A DNA stretch of 63,991 bases, the filler included, from Bonamia ostreae (lineage: Eukaryota), in the NCBI GenBank assembly GCA_040357525.1. It is 33 parts of 33 records of this genome, joined end to end, with 100 filler letters (N's around TTAATTAATTAA, not from the genome) between each part and the next. Parts side by side here need not be neighbours in the genome. Positions count along the whole stretch, not along the records: positions 11,739 to 13,591 come from JBDODL010001264.1; positions 13,692 to 15,542 come from JBDODL010001265.1; positions 15,643 to 17,492 come from JBDODL010001266.1; positions 17,593 to 19,441 come from JBDODL010001267.1; positions 19,542 to 21,390 come from JBDODL010001268.1; positions 21,491 to 23,338 come from JBDODL010001269.1; positions 23,439 to 25,285 come from JBDODL010001270.1; 26 more parts are not named here. One strand, 5' to 3'. The position numbers and the translations under genes were made by a program. Numbering within the stretch: position 1 is the first letter of the stretch; every line of letters begins with the position of its first letter. The notes under the pieces were generated by a model. The model searched no databases. It saw nothing but the letters and a program-made list of their open reading frames with translations, and was not told the origin of the DNA. This document shows, piece by piece, positions 12,076 to 25,385 of this stretch.

Positions 12076-13477
12076 TTAGTCGAAAAAATCGGAAAAAGCT
12101 TTTTTGAGAATAAAAATAATCTTTTTTCTTGAATAAGAAACATTTTTTTGCTCTAACAAAACAAAAACAATGTTTTCATCAAAATCAAATTCGGAAAAAT
12201 TCGCTTTAACGAAATAGCAATTTTTGTCGATTTCGTTTAAACAATTTAAAAATTTTTCCGTTTTGCCAAAATTCCAAAATTTTGTTTTTTCTCCGCAAAT
12301 TAACAATTGTCTTTTAAGATTTAACTTTTGGGAGCAATTTTGGCTGTTTTCTTTTTTGGCCAAATTTTCGTAATTGATAAACATCGCAACACTAAAAATT
12401 ATTCTTTTGCAAATACTCTCGCAACTTTTAATTTTCAAATTTTTCTTTTTCAAATTTTTCGCCATTTCGTCTAAAATGTTTTTCGAAAAAAGAGATTTTA
12501 TCGAAGAGATGGAAACGTTCAGTTCAATTTTCTTGACATTAAAATTTATTGTTTTCCTGTCTTTTCTTAAAATCTCGTAATTTGTCAGATTTCCATAATC
12601 GTCTTTCATTTTCGCCATCTTTTCAATAAAGTTTTTCCTGATATCCAAATTTGTTGTGTGAAATTTTGTCAGAATGTTAAAATAATTGACATCTTTCGAT
12701 GAAAAATTATTTTTGAGTAACGGGTTGAAGTTATTGGTATCGATAAAAATTGTTGAAGAGAGTAATAAATTTGTGCTTTCCGTCGCAACAATATTTTGAA
12801 ACAGGTTTTTGTTGTTTTTGGAGATCAAATCGAATATCAATGTTGCACAACTCCCCTTTTAGTTTGAATATGACATTGTGTTGTAACAACAACGAAAAAG
12901 TACTTTTTCGTTTATTAAAATTTTAACCGCTTTTTCGATAATTTTGTGGTTCGACCCCAATGCGCATTCATCGAAATGATGATCGATGACGAAAACAACA
13001 TCTTTAAAAAGATGTCTTTGTTTGTGACTTAACCGATTGTGGTCGACCAAACAAATGAAAAAATTTTTGTTTTGAACTTAAATTTTTGAAATTAAACTAT
13101 TTTTGAAATAAAAGTCGTCAACAAAAATCAAATTGTTTTTGTCGATTGACATTTTTTCGACATAAAAAGTCAAATCTTTTCGAATTTTAAAATGTTTTTG
13201 TTTCAAATTAAAGATTGGCACAAACAGATTGCCTTTCTTCTGATTTGAACTAACGACAAAATTTTGTCTGACAAATTTGGCTTTTAATGTTTAATAATTG
13301 AACGAGTTTTGTCTAAAAAAATCGATAGCAAAATCGACGATGTGAACGAATCAAGATCGCAACTCTTATAAATTTTGTCTAAACCTCGTTATTTAAACAG
13401 AAAAAGACATTATTGTAATCACCACTATAAAATCGGTTTCTGACAGCAAAAAAATATTTATTTAGATCAATGTGCAT
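12076..13477 (-). CDS. PPX1: Exopolyphosphatase PPX1/Prune (DHH family); three tiny introns and one of ~70 nt
   Basis: Spliced NNESCDLDS, LVDHNRL, VIDHH, GSCATLI, IFIDTNNF, C-terminal SRKK. Confidence 0.85.
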
Positions 13478-13873
13478 TTTACTTTGCAAAAAACAAGTCG
13501 TTTTTGTTTGCAAAATTTAGCATTTTTTGGCTAAACATTATTTTAAGTCAATAAAGATTTATTTTTCATCTTTTCGGGATTTGCCGTTGTTNNNNNNNNN
13601 NNNNNNNNNNNNNNNNNNNNNNNNNNNNNNNNNNNTTAATTAATTAANNNNNNNNNNNNNNNNNNNNNNNNNNNNNNNNNNNNNNNNNNNNAGAAAGTGA
13701 AGATTTACAAAGTTCAACAATGGTAGTTTATTAGCGATATGAATAAAAACAAAGAAAAATTTATTTTTTAATTTCAATGACACGCAATATTTTTTAATTT
13801 CAAAATCAATTTACGCCATAAAATTAAAATCAATTGTGTAGTTTTGTAATCAATTGAACGTCATGAAAAATAT

Positions 13874-15464
13874 TTATTCGAATGAGAAGAGATTGTGACA
13901 ATAATCTTCTCCTTTTTCATTGTAGTCATATTTTGTTACAAAGGATAAATAAAAATCCTTTGTTTCGTTTACATAGTTTTTTGCTCCTTCCCAAATTGAT
14001 GTCATCGCACTATAAAAAAATTGACCATTTTCAAAAATTAATCATTTTTAACTTTATTAAAAACTTTTTTGCAGAATAAACTTTAACTTTATTTTCAATC
14101 GGTACCAATCCTCTCATCTCAATCTCTCTTTTTTAAAAACTTTTCAAAAAGAAACAATCTTTTTTTAAAATTTTTTGTTAAAGAAGTTCCTCCAGTCAAT
14201 AAAATGTTTTTGTAAAGTTCAGAGTGAAGTTGCTCCGGAACAGCCATTATCGAAGAAATTATTGATTGATGCACTCCTTCTTGTTTGATGCCAATGTCAG
14301 AAGGATGGAACAGGATTTCAGGGATTGTAATGGTTTCATTTGTCAATTTGAGGATTTGAGGATTAGTTGATAAAAGATTTTGTTGTAAACCGTTTAATGA
14401 TTGCTTTTTTAAAAAAAATTTACCAAAAAAATTGGTTTTTGAATGTTAACTCCGTCCGGCAAAACGACAAACTGTGCTTTAGATTTTTCTCTATTTTATA
14501 TTTTGAAACTTAATCTCATTTAATTCGGTTTCAAAGTTGTTTGAGATGTAACAACTATTTATTCTTATTTTTTCTGTCAAAAAATAATCTTTTTTTACAT
14601 CGAATTGTCTTTTTATTTATTTCAATTTTTTGCTCAAATTTTTTATTTTAAATTTTTTGACGAAACGATTTGCCAAAAAAAACCGGAAAGATAGAACTTG
14701 GCCCAATCTTTCATTCAATAATTTTGATCCAATCGTCGTTTTAGCAGCAAAATTTATTGGGATTCCGTTGACAATGGGAACTATTCTCGTGTTTGAATAC
14801 CCGCAATCAACTACAACGCAACAATTTTTGTTAAAAAGCGGATTTGTTATTGTCGAAGGAGCAAATTTTAAACCTTTTTAAAATTTTTGATAACGAAAAA
14901 ATAAAAAAAAATTTAATTTGACCATTTGACAACATTAGAGCATTAAAATCAAATTTTTCAAATATTGTTTCGCAAATATTTGATCTGACCAATTTTGGAT
15001 TAAGCAACGATTCTGTCATTAACAAAGATTTTTGATTTAATTTGGTCTTTTTTTAAAAAAATTTCATTATTTTAACAAAATCCCAAATTTTTGGCCATTT
15101 TTTTAAAAATTTTAAGTTCATTTTTTTTAAAATTATTGAATTTTTGCCATTTTAACAAAAAACTTGAGGCATTTTATTGAAAACTTTATTCCAAATTTCA
15201 TTTTGCAGATCAAAATCAGTTAAAATGGACTAAAAAAGCTAAATTTTAGAACATTTGAAAATGGTCTGTTTATGTTAAAAATGTTAAAAGTATTTTGAAT
15301 TGAATCGATTTCGTCGGCGATATAAATATTTTTGTTTGTTTTAAGTAAAGCGTTGTGACAAATGCTAAATTTTAATTATTTGACCTCGGCTTTTCTGTTT
15401 GTCGATTCCCGATTTTAATTAAATCACTTCCATTGTCCAATATTACAACTGGAAATTTATTCAT
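13874..15464 (-). CDS. ACTR6: Actin-related protein 6 (SWR1 complex), multi-exon
   Basis: VILDNGS, LMTESLLNP, VVVDCGYSNTRIVPIVNG, IPEILFHPSDIGI, LYKNILLTGG, SIWEGA. Confidence 0.85.
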
Positions 15465-15701
15465 TTGGTCTAAAACTTAATGAGATTTAAACACAATATT
15501 ATTATATGAATTTGATCTAATAACTTATTTTTATCGTTTTAANNNNNNNNNNNNNNNNNNNNNNNNNNNNNNNNNNNNNNNNNNNNTTAATTAATTAANN
15601 NNNNNNNNNNNNNNNNNNNNNNNNNNNNNNNNNNNNNNNNNNCGAGAGAATGAAATTGAAGTGGAGAGATTTAAATCTTTATTGACTAAAAAATAAAATA
15701 T

Positions 15702-17313
15702 TCATTCGTTTTCGCTGATTAAAAAATCTGCATAATCACTTTCGGCTTCATTCGAATCGGCCATTAGTTCATATTTCTTTTGTCCGTTTTCCTTGAATTT
15801 CAGAAAGTACAGATAAACTTAATTTTGCAATTAAAACCGATCACAGAAAGAAACAAAACGATTAAGATCAAACTCAAACAAACGAAAACCAGTTTCACCA
15901 AAAAATTTTTCTTTAAAGGGTCGAAGACAATCCACGAAACCGCGGAGACAACCACAATGCAAAAAAAGCTCATCGAAATCGCAACAACTTTGGTCTATTT
16001 TTACAAAAACAAAACAAAATTATTGTTCGCGAACCGTTTCATAACTTTTCTCGAATTTGTGAAGCGAGATAAGGTGACAATCAGAAAAACATAAGTCGAC
16101 GAAACAACGAATTGGCAAATGTGCAAAAGATGTTCTGTTTGCATCAAAATGTAGCCCGCAAATACAAAGAAAGCCGGTAACAGAAAAGAGTAACAAGTTG
16201 CGAAATGGTTGAAATCCCATCCAGGAAAATCCAAATCGACCAATTCTTGTGCTATTAAAGTTGCCGAAAACACAAAATTAATAATTTTGTAGAAAGATAT
16301 CAAAAGTACCAACAAAGAAAAAATAAGACTTTTAAATCTTTTCATAAAAACTTTTCAGAATTCGTATTTTTAAAGCTTAAAATTGCGTTTTGGTGGGCTA
16401 TGAAACTTCCAGAATACACTTGAAAATGGAATATAAGAAAACTTGTGGACAGGATAACATTGAAAACGGCGCAAACGGATAAACTCAAAAGATATTTTAC
16501 AAAATTGTTGGCGATTTCTTTTTTCGCGTTGTCTTTGTCTTTGCTCTTTGAATTTGCAATTAGTAAAAATATTTGTAATCTAAAACTGGATGGACGAGGT
16601 GAGAATGCACGTAAATGTTCGAGGGAACAAACGAAGAAGAAATCAAAAGTATAATGTTGAAAGCTTTCCCAAAAAAGTCGAAGTCCGGATTATTATTTTT
16701 GCCGGGTTGCACTTCCAGGTCAACAAATGGCATTGCAATCATAACCAGCAAAATCAAAACGAAAATAAGTATTTGCAGTAAAACAACTTTTCTAAACATT
16801 GCGAATGTTAAACTCGTATTTGAAGAAATCGAATTTTAACAAAACGGCGATACAGACACAAATGAAAATCTGTGGAAACAACGGATGCAAATTGAAGTAG
16901 TTTTCAAAGCTGAGAGAAAATAATACAAAATTAGCGGCGATTTTCATTGTTACGGCGAGCCACGAAGTGATGCAGAACGACAAATATATTCTACGGCCGT
17001 AATTGAGGTGAATAAATTTGAACAAAGAGACGTTTTTGGCGATTTTTAGCTTTATGGCCAAAAACTGGAAAATCGACCCGTTAAATAACACAAACGACAA
17101 AAATAAGGCAAAAGTAAAATGATCATCAAAATATGGCAAAATTAAACAGAAAGACCAAAAGTCTATTAGATTCGTCGCAACGAAGAATCCTGGTTTGTAT
17201 TCACTCAAATTCGAAATCGCTTTGATTCTGTTTTCGTACAACGAATATGCAAAGTCAGTGAACTTTTGATTCAGAACCTCGAAATCAGTGAATCTCATCG
17301 AATCTGCCAACAT
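15702..17313 (-). CDS. Divergent polytopic transporter, possibly sodium:solute symporter (SLC5/DUR3-like), multi-exon
   Basis: More than 10 hydrophobic segments joined by tiny introns; FLAIKLK...FIHLNYG resembles DUR3 LAIELK...IRARYG. Confidence 0.5.
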
Positions 17314-17768
17314 TTAGCTAATTGATTTAGATATATTTATCTAAAGCTTTAATTTTGTAGCTTTAATTTTAATTTATCTAAAGAATTAATCAAATTTCTC
17401 TAATTCCATATGATACATAGTGAGCATCTCGACACTTCGTTTACGAATATATGTAGTCTTTGCAATATAAACATATCTAATAATATCAAATGNNNNNNNN
17501 NNNNNNNNNNNNNNNNNNNNNNNNNNNNNNNNNNNNTTAATTAATTAANNNNNNNNNNNNNNNNNNNNNNNNNNNNNNNNNNNNNNNNNNNNACTTTCAA
17601 TTTGTTATTTTATCTCCCAAAAACACCCAAAACATTGCTGCAACACTTGTTCTCAAACGATCCTTTTTCTCAAATATTTAATAACAAACGCGATTAAACC
17701 TAAACACAGAACCTAAATTTAAAAATTGGCTAAACCCAATCAACAAATTCAAATAAAATATTTTTCTA

Positions 17769-18995
17769 ATGACATTACAGGAAAACGTAGTTTATTACAA
17801 GTTCAACTCGACCAACACGTGGCGCCACTTAAAACAAGCGGCGATCATCACGTTGAAGGATCTTGAAAACCACATCGCCAGCTACACCAAAATAGGCGAC
17901 TGCAACCACACGAACAAAGAGCTTTCCTGCAGTTGCCAGTTCAAACTGTCGTTTTTCGACTCCGCAAAAAAATCAGGTTCTCTCCAATTATCCCAAAAGA
18001 GATAAAAGACCGCAACATGGCCATCCGAGCGAACTCCCACATTCTGGTCAAGCGCTATCCGATCAACAAGAAGAACATCCAGCGCATCGAAAAGCAAATG
18101 ACGCTGAAAAACGAAATGGACGCCATCGAGGCGGAACAACTCGAACATCACTTAAAAGTCAAAGCCGAAAACAAAGTGCTCGAAGAAAAGAAGAAAGAGA
18201 ATGTCAAAGCCCGCTTAAAGCAGCTCGAAGATGAACGCTGGGAAAAAGCTCGTCTTGCTCACGAAAAAGAAGTTGCGGAGTTGAAAAAACAGTTTTCACA
18301 GAAAAGCTCCGGAAAAGGCGAAAATGTCGCATTAGATCGTTCAGTCGGGACGAAAAAACCAATTAAAAAACGAACTGTCTTTCTTAAAGACAATGGTACA
18401 TTCCAATTCTTTTTTTCTTAACTTCGTTTGTAAACAGTCCGTCCAACTTTTTTTTTGTTATAAACATATTTCCTCAGGCGATTCCACAATTTTCTTGTTA
18501 TAAACAACATTTTGATTGCGCCGACCGTTTTGCGGCCGTAAAGTCGCCAAATAATAAGTTCCAAACAGAATTTGGAATCGCAAATTTTTAATTTTTTTCA
18601 ATGTAGAGCCTCGTTACAAAAAATCGACGAAGGTGGTTAAATCTTTAAGACGATTTTCGAGAAACGAAAAAAATCAAAGCAAAAATAGTGTGAACAAAAA
18701 AACTTCAAAACGCGAACTCAATAAAAATCTCAACAAAAATGTCGACAAAAATGTGAACAAAAAAACTTCAAAAAGCGAAAAAAATCTCAACAAAAAAGTC
18801 GGAAATTTGAAAAGGAAAAAATCGGATTCTCATGCGATTGAAAGAAAAAGAAAGAACATAAAAGAGTTCACAACAAGAACAGCCAGAAAGCTCAAATTGT
18901 TAAGAAAAAGAGTCGACAAAAAGCAGGAACTTGAATCAAAAACTATTCACAAGAAAAGTCGATATAGTCGTTATCGCGAAAGAATTTGTAATTAA
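17769..18995 (+). CDS. DWNN ubiquitin-like domain protein (RBBP6/Mpe1-like N-terminus) with Lys-rich tail
   Basis: VYYKFNS...ITLKDLENHI...IRANSHILVKRYP after removing a 23-nt intron; second intron ~210 nt. Confidence 0.65.
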
Positions 18996-19078
18996 ATTTT
19001 TCTTAAAATTTTTTAAAAATGGCTTTGTTCTAAATCGAATAAATGACGACAAAATTGACCAGTTCGTTTACTCTTACA

Positions 19079-19380
19079 TTACTTTTCGTCTTCTTTGCGG
19101 GCACGGACAACAATAACCGGACAACTCGCGTTTTGCATTACATAAGTTGAAACACTTCCGCTCAACATTCTCCCAAAACAACCTTTTCCTCTTGTGCCCA
19201 TAATAACGCAATCGACTTTTTCGTTTTTGCTCATTTCGACGATGCTCAGTGCAGGGTTTCCTTTCGGCATCTCAATACGAGTGTCGATTCCGTTTTCTTC
19301 GCACACTTTTTTAAACTCTTCTCCTGCTCGGAACGCTTTTTTTGCCACTTTCTTTATTTTCTGGGTTTCTCTTTCGCCTT
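19079..19380 (-). CDS. Universal stress protein (UspA domain), C-terminal exon
   Basis: GNPALSIVEMSKNEKVDCVIMGTRGKG...GSVSTYVMQNASCPVIVVR. Confidence 0.9.
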
Positions 19381-19542
19381 TTAAGCGGAAAAGTCAAAAT
19401 CGTTTTTTGCAAAATAGTAGAAACACGTTTTAGTAAAAATGNNNNNNNNNNNNNNNNNNNNNNNNNNNNNNNNNNNNNNNNNNNNTTAATTAATTAANNN
19501 NNNNNNNNNNNNNNNNNNNNNNNNNNNNNNNNNNNNNNNNNC

Positions 19543-19937
19543 CGCAGAAAAAAATAATTATTTGGGGAAAATCGCAACAAAGCATAATTTGCCGATAACA
19601 GATTTTGTTTTCGATAAAAACGGAGAAAATCTGATTACGGTAAGTGCTGATAACGAGGCGAGATTGCACAATGTCAAAAGATTTAAGAGAAAATCCGATC
19701 TCGGTCGATGGAATTTTTTTAACAGTTTTATAAAAAAATTTAAAAATGTCAAAATTGCAAAACAAAAAAGTGATGTTCTATTTTGGTTTAGCCACAGCAC
19801 TTTTATTATCAATAGAAATTTTTATTCCCGGAAAAACAAGAAAAATGTTAAATGACGCTTATTTCGTAATAGTCAGAATTGGTTATGAGATCTGCGACAT
19901 ATTTGAGCGCATTAATGACAATATCACATCTGGCTAA
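19543..19937 (+). CDS. C-terminus of a WD40 protein with a transmembrane anchor (Sec12/PREB-like)
   Basis: HNLPITDFVF...LITVSADNEARL spliced to hydrophobic VMFYFGLATALLLSIEIFIPG. Confidence 0.55.
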
Positions 19938-20289
19938 ATTTTTAATGAATATTTAACATTTTTTATTGAAAAAGATATTTTATTAAAATTCCGATATTGA
20001 CTTTCTTTATTAAAGTTCGTAATGACAAATTTGTTCTATTAAAATTCAAAACGGAAAATTTAAAAGAGGATTAAAAACTAATAAAAAATGGTTTAAAAGA
20101 GACTTAAATTATTAAATATAAAATTTTCATCTCATGAAATAAAATTTTTTAACAAAAAATTGGTAACAACAAAAATTAGCTTTTACGAAAAATAGTAAAA
20201 AATTAATTAAGACATTTAATAATTTGGGACATGACAAGTTATTGATTGAATATATAAATGAACAGTAACTATTACATTATTAATTCTAA

Positions 20290-21390
20290 ACTTAAGTGCT
20301 GTTCCAATTTCTTCATTTTTGATTTAGCCCCTTCTTTTGTTTGGGATGTTTATTAAAATTTAAAAAAACGTCTTTCCAAAGATTGCAAAAAATCGGAAAG
20401 TTTATGTGCATAACAAAGAGCATTATTTAATGAGAATTTTGAGCCAATGAAAGCTTTATTCAGATTAAACAAAAGATCTTCTGTAAAGTTCATTTTATCG
20501 TAATAAAGAAGTTTGACTGTTATCGTGACAAAAAATAAAACTAGTCGTTTCAAGTGAATGCATAAAAAACGTTTGATTGAATTCCTTTATAAAATAATTA
20601 CATTTTTAGTTAAATTATAAAAATTATATCTCTAAAAACATCAAGTTGGGATTTGAAACCACTGACTTGGTTCCAAAAGTTTTGTTCGGCGGGTGTAAAA
20701 TTTTTCATTCCTTCAAATTCGTCTTTGAAAAATTTCAAAAGCGTACCTTTTTAAAATAATTTTTAAAACATTTTACTGTTGAAACAGGAACTTTAAGAAT
20801 AATTTTAGCGACAGTATTATAAATTAAATAAATCACATATTTGTAATTTTGTGGGGCAAAAATCATTAAAAGTCGCTTTATTGTCATTAAGAAAAATTCA
20901 GAATGTCGTTGATCAAGTATGTCATTTATCAACATATCCAACACTTTTTTCGTTAAAACGTTTGTAAAGTCAATATTTTTCGTTTCTTTTGGTAATTTTT
21001 TACTAAATAAATATTTTTTGGTGTCAATAGTGAACTAAATTGTTAAAAAAATATTTTAAACCACATCTGCGAGCTTTTACAATCTCAAATCCAACCACTT
21101 ATTTGAAATTTAATAATTAAAACATTTTTCTTTTAATACTGTTATTCTGTGATCATAAGAAAAATTTTTGGGAAAAATCGTTGACTGTGATTGATTCATT
21201 ATTTTCAATGACACATCAAGATAAAATTTTAAAACGCAGTCATGTTCTATTTCTGGTAACACGAATTTGGGTGGCCCACGCATTGCATCAGTAACTTGGT
21301 TAAATTTTTCCAAGAGCCTGCACGCAAAATTAGAAAAATTTTGTGAATCAACAGGCTCAATATAAACAGCTCGAACTTTTTTGTAAAACT
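20290..21390 (-). CDS. Hypothetical multi-exon protist protein, partial
   Basis: Successive same-strand ORFs separated by AT-rich intron-like gaps; boundaries approximate. Confidence 0.4.
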
Positions 21391-21566
21391 NNNNNNNNNN
21401 NNNNNNNNNNNNNNNNNNNNNNNNNNNNNNNNNNTTAATTAATTAANNNNNNNNNNNNNNNNNNNNNNNNNNNNNNNNNNNNNNNNNNNNATCAAAGAAG
21501 TTTAAGTTTTCTTAAAAAGTTTTACAATATATAATATAAAAAGTTAAACAATATTGAGCTTTAAAA

Positions 21567-22434
21567 ATGGCGTCAAAAATAATTCACGGCATAGTTTTAA
21601 AAACAGCCAGCACTGTCGGCGAAGTCGTGCCCCTTTCCAGACAGGCCTTATTGGAACGGAAGGAAATGCTGAACGACAAACTTAAGAAATGACACAAGAT
21701 TATTTTCGAGGAATTCAGATTCGCCAAAAACAACGAACTGAAACAACTTTCAGACAAATCAAAAAAGGTGACAGAGCAAATCAGCGCTCTCGAGGAAAAA
21801 ATCAAAATAATCGAAAAAGCTCTTTTGCGCTCAAAAGCAAAATTGGCGCCGCGCCAAATTCTAAAAATCTTTGACGAAAATAGCCATTCGAAATGGGCCA
21901 AGAAGTTTGAGCCCGTCAAGTCGATCTACGACTTGAACAAGACGATTACGGAAGATGGGGAACCGTTCGAGCCACTAAGTCGCCACAAACTGGCTCAAAA
22001 GAAAGAATGGTCCAACTCTCTTCAAAACAAAAACTCGAAAATAGCCGAACAATGGGATGGCAAATTTAATAAAAACCTTCCTTGGACTCCTCACAACACG
22101 CATTACAGAGGCAGTTTAGTGGTTTATTGGAAGTGCCCCGCAGGAAAAGACCATGTTTGGCAAAGTTCTGTGCGCAGCAGAACTTCCAAAAAGGCAAAAG
22201 GATGTCCTTTTTGCGAAAACAGAAAAGTCTCTGAGACGAATTCTTTGGCTAATCGGTTTCCACAAATCGCAAAATATTGGATGAAGAAATTGTTTATTAA
22301 ATAAAATTGACAGAAACAATGGCGTTGATCCCAAAGATGTCATATATTGCTCAAAGTCTGAAGCTTGGTGGCAGGTCGACAAAGAAAGAGGGCCTTTCAA
22401 GGAAAAGATAAACAAAATGACGTTTGAAATTTGA
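21567..22434 (+). CDS. Coiled coil + treble-clef zinc-ribbon (DUF4379-type) protein; in-frame TGA at 21690-21692; 22-nt intron 22292-22313
   Basis: AEQWDGKFN...VYWKCPAGKDHVWQSSVRSRT...GCPFCENRKVSETNSLANRFPQIAKYW. Confidence 0.75.
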
Positions 22435-22837
22435 ATATTTTCAAGTAAAAAAATTCGATTTTTTTATTTTTTGAGTTCTTTTAATTGATAATTTGGAAAA
22501 ACAACTTGAAAACATCAAAATGCGAACTTAACGACATTGAATTTGCCTCTATAAAAAACAACAATTCTTTTGTATTAATAAATGGTTAGTTCGAATGATG
22601 TTCCTTTGCTCTTCAAAAATGAGTCTTTAACGATTATTTTTTGAATGTAAATCATCGCGAACAAATTATTTTTGTAACAATTTTGTTACAAAAAATGCGT
22701 CACGACTGCTCAAATATATTCGCAGTTAACGATTTGAAAGACTTCTCGCAAAAATGGCCTAATATCATTTTCACAAAAATGGTAAACAAATTGAAAGCAA
22801 GACGAAATTAAGTTTTTGTGCAAAATCAAAGATGTTT

Positions 22838-23338
22838 TTAATTTAATACATTTTGCGATGTAGCCATTTCACAGTGTTTAGTCATCTCCTCTTCTCCAAA
22901 AACGCCTTCATCAAAAACGAAAACCCACTCGTCGCCAACACATTGCACCATAAAATTCTTTGATGTTTTGTCCCCGTAACATCTAGCAGCAAACTTGGCA
23001 TTAGATCGCTCATACTCAACATTGTTGCCATTCAAAACAACAACATTTTTGAATCTTGGTCTTTTGCAACTCTTAAAGTTCTCCAAAACATTATCATTGT
23101 CGCAGAACAAGTCTTTTTTGTTTTTATCCAGTTCAACATTCCATTCATTCAAAATTTTGCCGTTCTCGCAGCGAACGTATAAATACCCAAAAGACATTCC
23201 GCTTGTTACATTGAAGAGAGGGTTTTTGTTTTTGCATTGTACAAAGTATGAGCTTCCATTTTCAAATTGGTCGACCGAACCGATGTTCTTTTTTGTGATT
23301 GTACCGATAAGTACAAAATCGTCCGGGAAACCGACTTT
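22838..23338 (-). CDS. Cys-containing, probably extracellular protein, C-terminal part, with sushi/CCP-like spacing
   Basis: Open to contig end; CKRPRFKN...FAARC...VQCVGDEW. Confidence 0.45.
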   Translation of the reverse strand, partial: KVGFPDDFVLIGTITKKNIGSVDQFENGSSYFVQCKNKNPLFNVTSGMSFGYLYVRCENGKILNEWNVELDKNKKDLFCDNDNVLENFKSCKRPRFKNVVVLNGNNVEYERSNAKFAARCYGDKTSKNFMVQCVGDEWVFVFDEGVFGEEEMTKHCEMATSQNVLN

Positions 23339-25385
23339 NNNNNNNNNNNNNNNNNNNNNNNNNNNNNNNNNNNNNNNNNNNNTTAATTAATTAANNNNNN
23401 NNNNNNNNNNNNNNNNNNNNNNNNNNNNNNNNNNNNNNAGTCGTACACTCATTTCTCACCATATGAAGATGTTCAACTGTTATTTTCATATTGAATGGGA
23501 ATTTCTAATTCTAAATTAGAATCTTTGAAAATTGTATTAATTTTTGTTTTGTTTATTGTTGAGAATTTTTCATATACGAATTAAAAGGTTTGAATTACAT
23601 GTATACCTTTGAAGAGATTTTTTTATTTAAGTGAAATATCATTTATATATGTACCTTTAAATTTTGATTTGTATTGAATGTATGGATAATTTCCTTTTCT
23701 ATACATCCATGTTCTGTTTGCTTGGGGATATCGGGGGTTCATACTCTAGCAACTTTTAAACCACNNNNNNNNNNTTCACTGAAAATCCTATTTATTGGTA
23801 TATTGCTTGAATTGAGCATCCCCAGCAATATGTTGATATTTGATTGATTCATAAAACAACATTGTCAATAAAAAAAAAATAGTACAATTGATACAATTTG
23901 ATCAGACAACTTCTAGTTTGATCTGCGGAAGTCTGCGGGGGCATTAGTCCCAAAAAAGACAGTCGTAGTTCACTCTGTTTTTGCAAATGTGATTATTCAT
24001 CGTTGCGCATGAGCGCTTGTTGCGTCTATCATTCAAAGTGATTTTACCTCATAATATGACATCTTTTATTTAAAAGTGGGGAAAATGTGAAGAAACAATT
24101 TTAAATGCTAACTTCATAAAACACATTAATGCTATCATTCTTAAAAAAAAAACCACTTCGGTGATTGTCAAAATTATAGATGTGTACGAAATAGTCAAAT
24201 ATGCAATATAATGTGATTTTAAGTGCGTTATTATAAACACATTATTTGTAGGAAAGTATCAAAATGACATTTATAAATGTAAGCGTTTAGAATTTCGAAT
24301 GTGATTAATATAACTTCCCATTGCGTGAAAGCGAATAATGCAATTATCAATTATTTTTAAACATATAAAAGCTCATTATCCGGGTATTTTGTTTGCCAAT
24401 TTCACAGGTCTGTATTTAGAGTTCTCGTGCTGCAATTTTCATCTACGAAACCGAATCGCTTTGTGAAATGTTGAAGTGCTTTGGTGGATGTGTGCAAATG
24501 TAGCAAACATAAATATGTTACACGATTTATATATCTAACATAATTTCCTTCAATAATTTTAAAAAAAAATATTTCACTGATAATTGCCATTCCACGTTTT
24601 CATTGCACTGTAAATTCGGTACTAAAGACTTTGCTATACAACAGTGTTTTCAACCAAGGACGTGAAGAAGGTCTCATTATTGTTCATTAATATCACGTGT
24701 GTGATAACTAGTAGGTGATAAACAACTATAGACAACTATAACTTAGATTATTTACTACAGCTTTGTTGTCATCCGATTTACTGACAGGAATCTTAAAGTT
24801 TATCAGTTTCTCTGTTGGATGCGGCAATACACTTAACTCATGCGTAAAGTTTATTTCACTAGTGACTTTCAACAAGCCTTTCATTGAGGAATTCACAAAC
24901 ACTGTGGTTTCTGTTTAAATATGTTTAATTTGGTGTAGACACCAGTTCATCAGGATTTTAAATAATCCACGGGTCAAGGCGCGGATCCAGACGGGCGTTT
25001 GCGACCCAAATTTGTATCATTTCTGCCCCAAAAGTTAAATATAGCAAATTGACCATGCTGTTAAAATGATCAACCAAAGTGCGGTTGCAATTTCCGCGGT
25101 GGTCTAATTCAAATCAAACATTTCGATTCGATTGCATGTGATTGAAACTACGACTACATATATCCAATTATTATACATCTGTCTTTATCTATCAATGGAA
25201 CCTTATTAACGTTTATTTAAAGAATTAATATTCCCAAGGAACTGCAGGAATTCCCGAGTTTTCCTTATCCCAAGGAATGGAAGACNNNNNNNNNNNNNNN
25301 NNNNNNNNNNNNNNNNNNNNNNNNNNNNNTTAATTAATTAANNNNNNNNNNNNNNNNNNNNNNNNNNNNNNNNNNNNNNNNNNNN

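Noticed and set aside
16350-16375. Possible GC-AG intron in the transporter gene
   Set aside because: An adjacent 23-nt GTTTTT..AAG intron restores the frame equally well and fits the consensus
22669-22694. 12-bp inverted repeat TTTTTGTAACAA/TTGTTACAAAAA between converging genes
   Set aside because: AT-rich, single occurrence, no further support for function
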